The translations under genes and the position numbers were made by a program. Below are positions 63,997 through 64,000 of a DNA stretch of 64,000 nucleotides, one piece after another. Numbering within the stretch: the stretch's first letter is position 1; every line of letters begins with the position of its first letter. Source of the DNA: Camelus ferus (taxonomy: Eukaryota). Where the stretch lies: assembly GCF_009834535.1 (NCBI RefSeq), contig NC_045697.1:79362001-79426000 (forward strand), read 5' to 3'. Under the pieces are notes generated by a model that saw nothing but the letters and a program-made list of their open reading frames with translations, ran no database searches and was not told the DNA's origin.

Positions 63997-64000
63997 GGAA

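Overview
Mammalian genomic DNA, most likely a camelid, judging by the tRNA-derived SINE family and Cetartiodactyla-type L1 ends. It is the NEUROG2-ZGRF1 locus, with both genes on the minus strand. Bases 1-1200 hold the non-coding first exon, TATA promoter and CpG island of NEUROG2; its coding exon lies left of the window. Bases ~1.2-11 kb are a repeat-poor upstream regulatory region with further CpG-rich patches and motif clusters. Bases ~11-21 kb are a repeat-rich intergenic spacer. Bases 21.3-64 kb hold the last 21 coding exons of ZGRF1 (GRF zinc finger plus UPF1/SF1B-like helicase), traced exon by exon with splice sites and phases. All junctions are phase-consistent except exon '11' (ending at 52578), which has no good donor at the expected place and reads into TAA unless a weak in-frame donor is used. 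Skipping it would create a TAATG stop-start overlap in front of a 1063-codon helicase ORF. Other oddities are an ORF2-less (HAL1-like) L1, an inverted pair of L1 5'UTRs, an orphan 87-bp retro-insertion, a SINE-L1-tail chimera and a triple CATATG E-box cluster. I found no evidence for a prokaryote-type novel system. Exon numbers assume the 28-exon human model. Comparisons with human sequences and repeat names are from recall, not computed; repeat boundaries are approximate.
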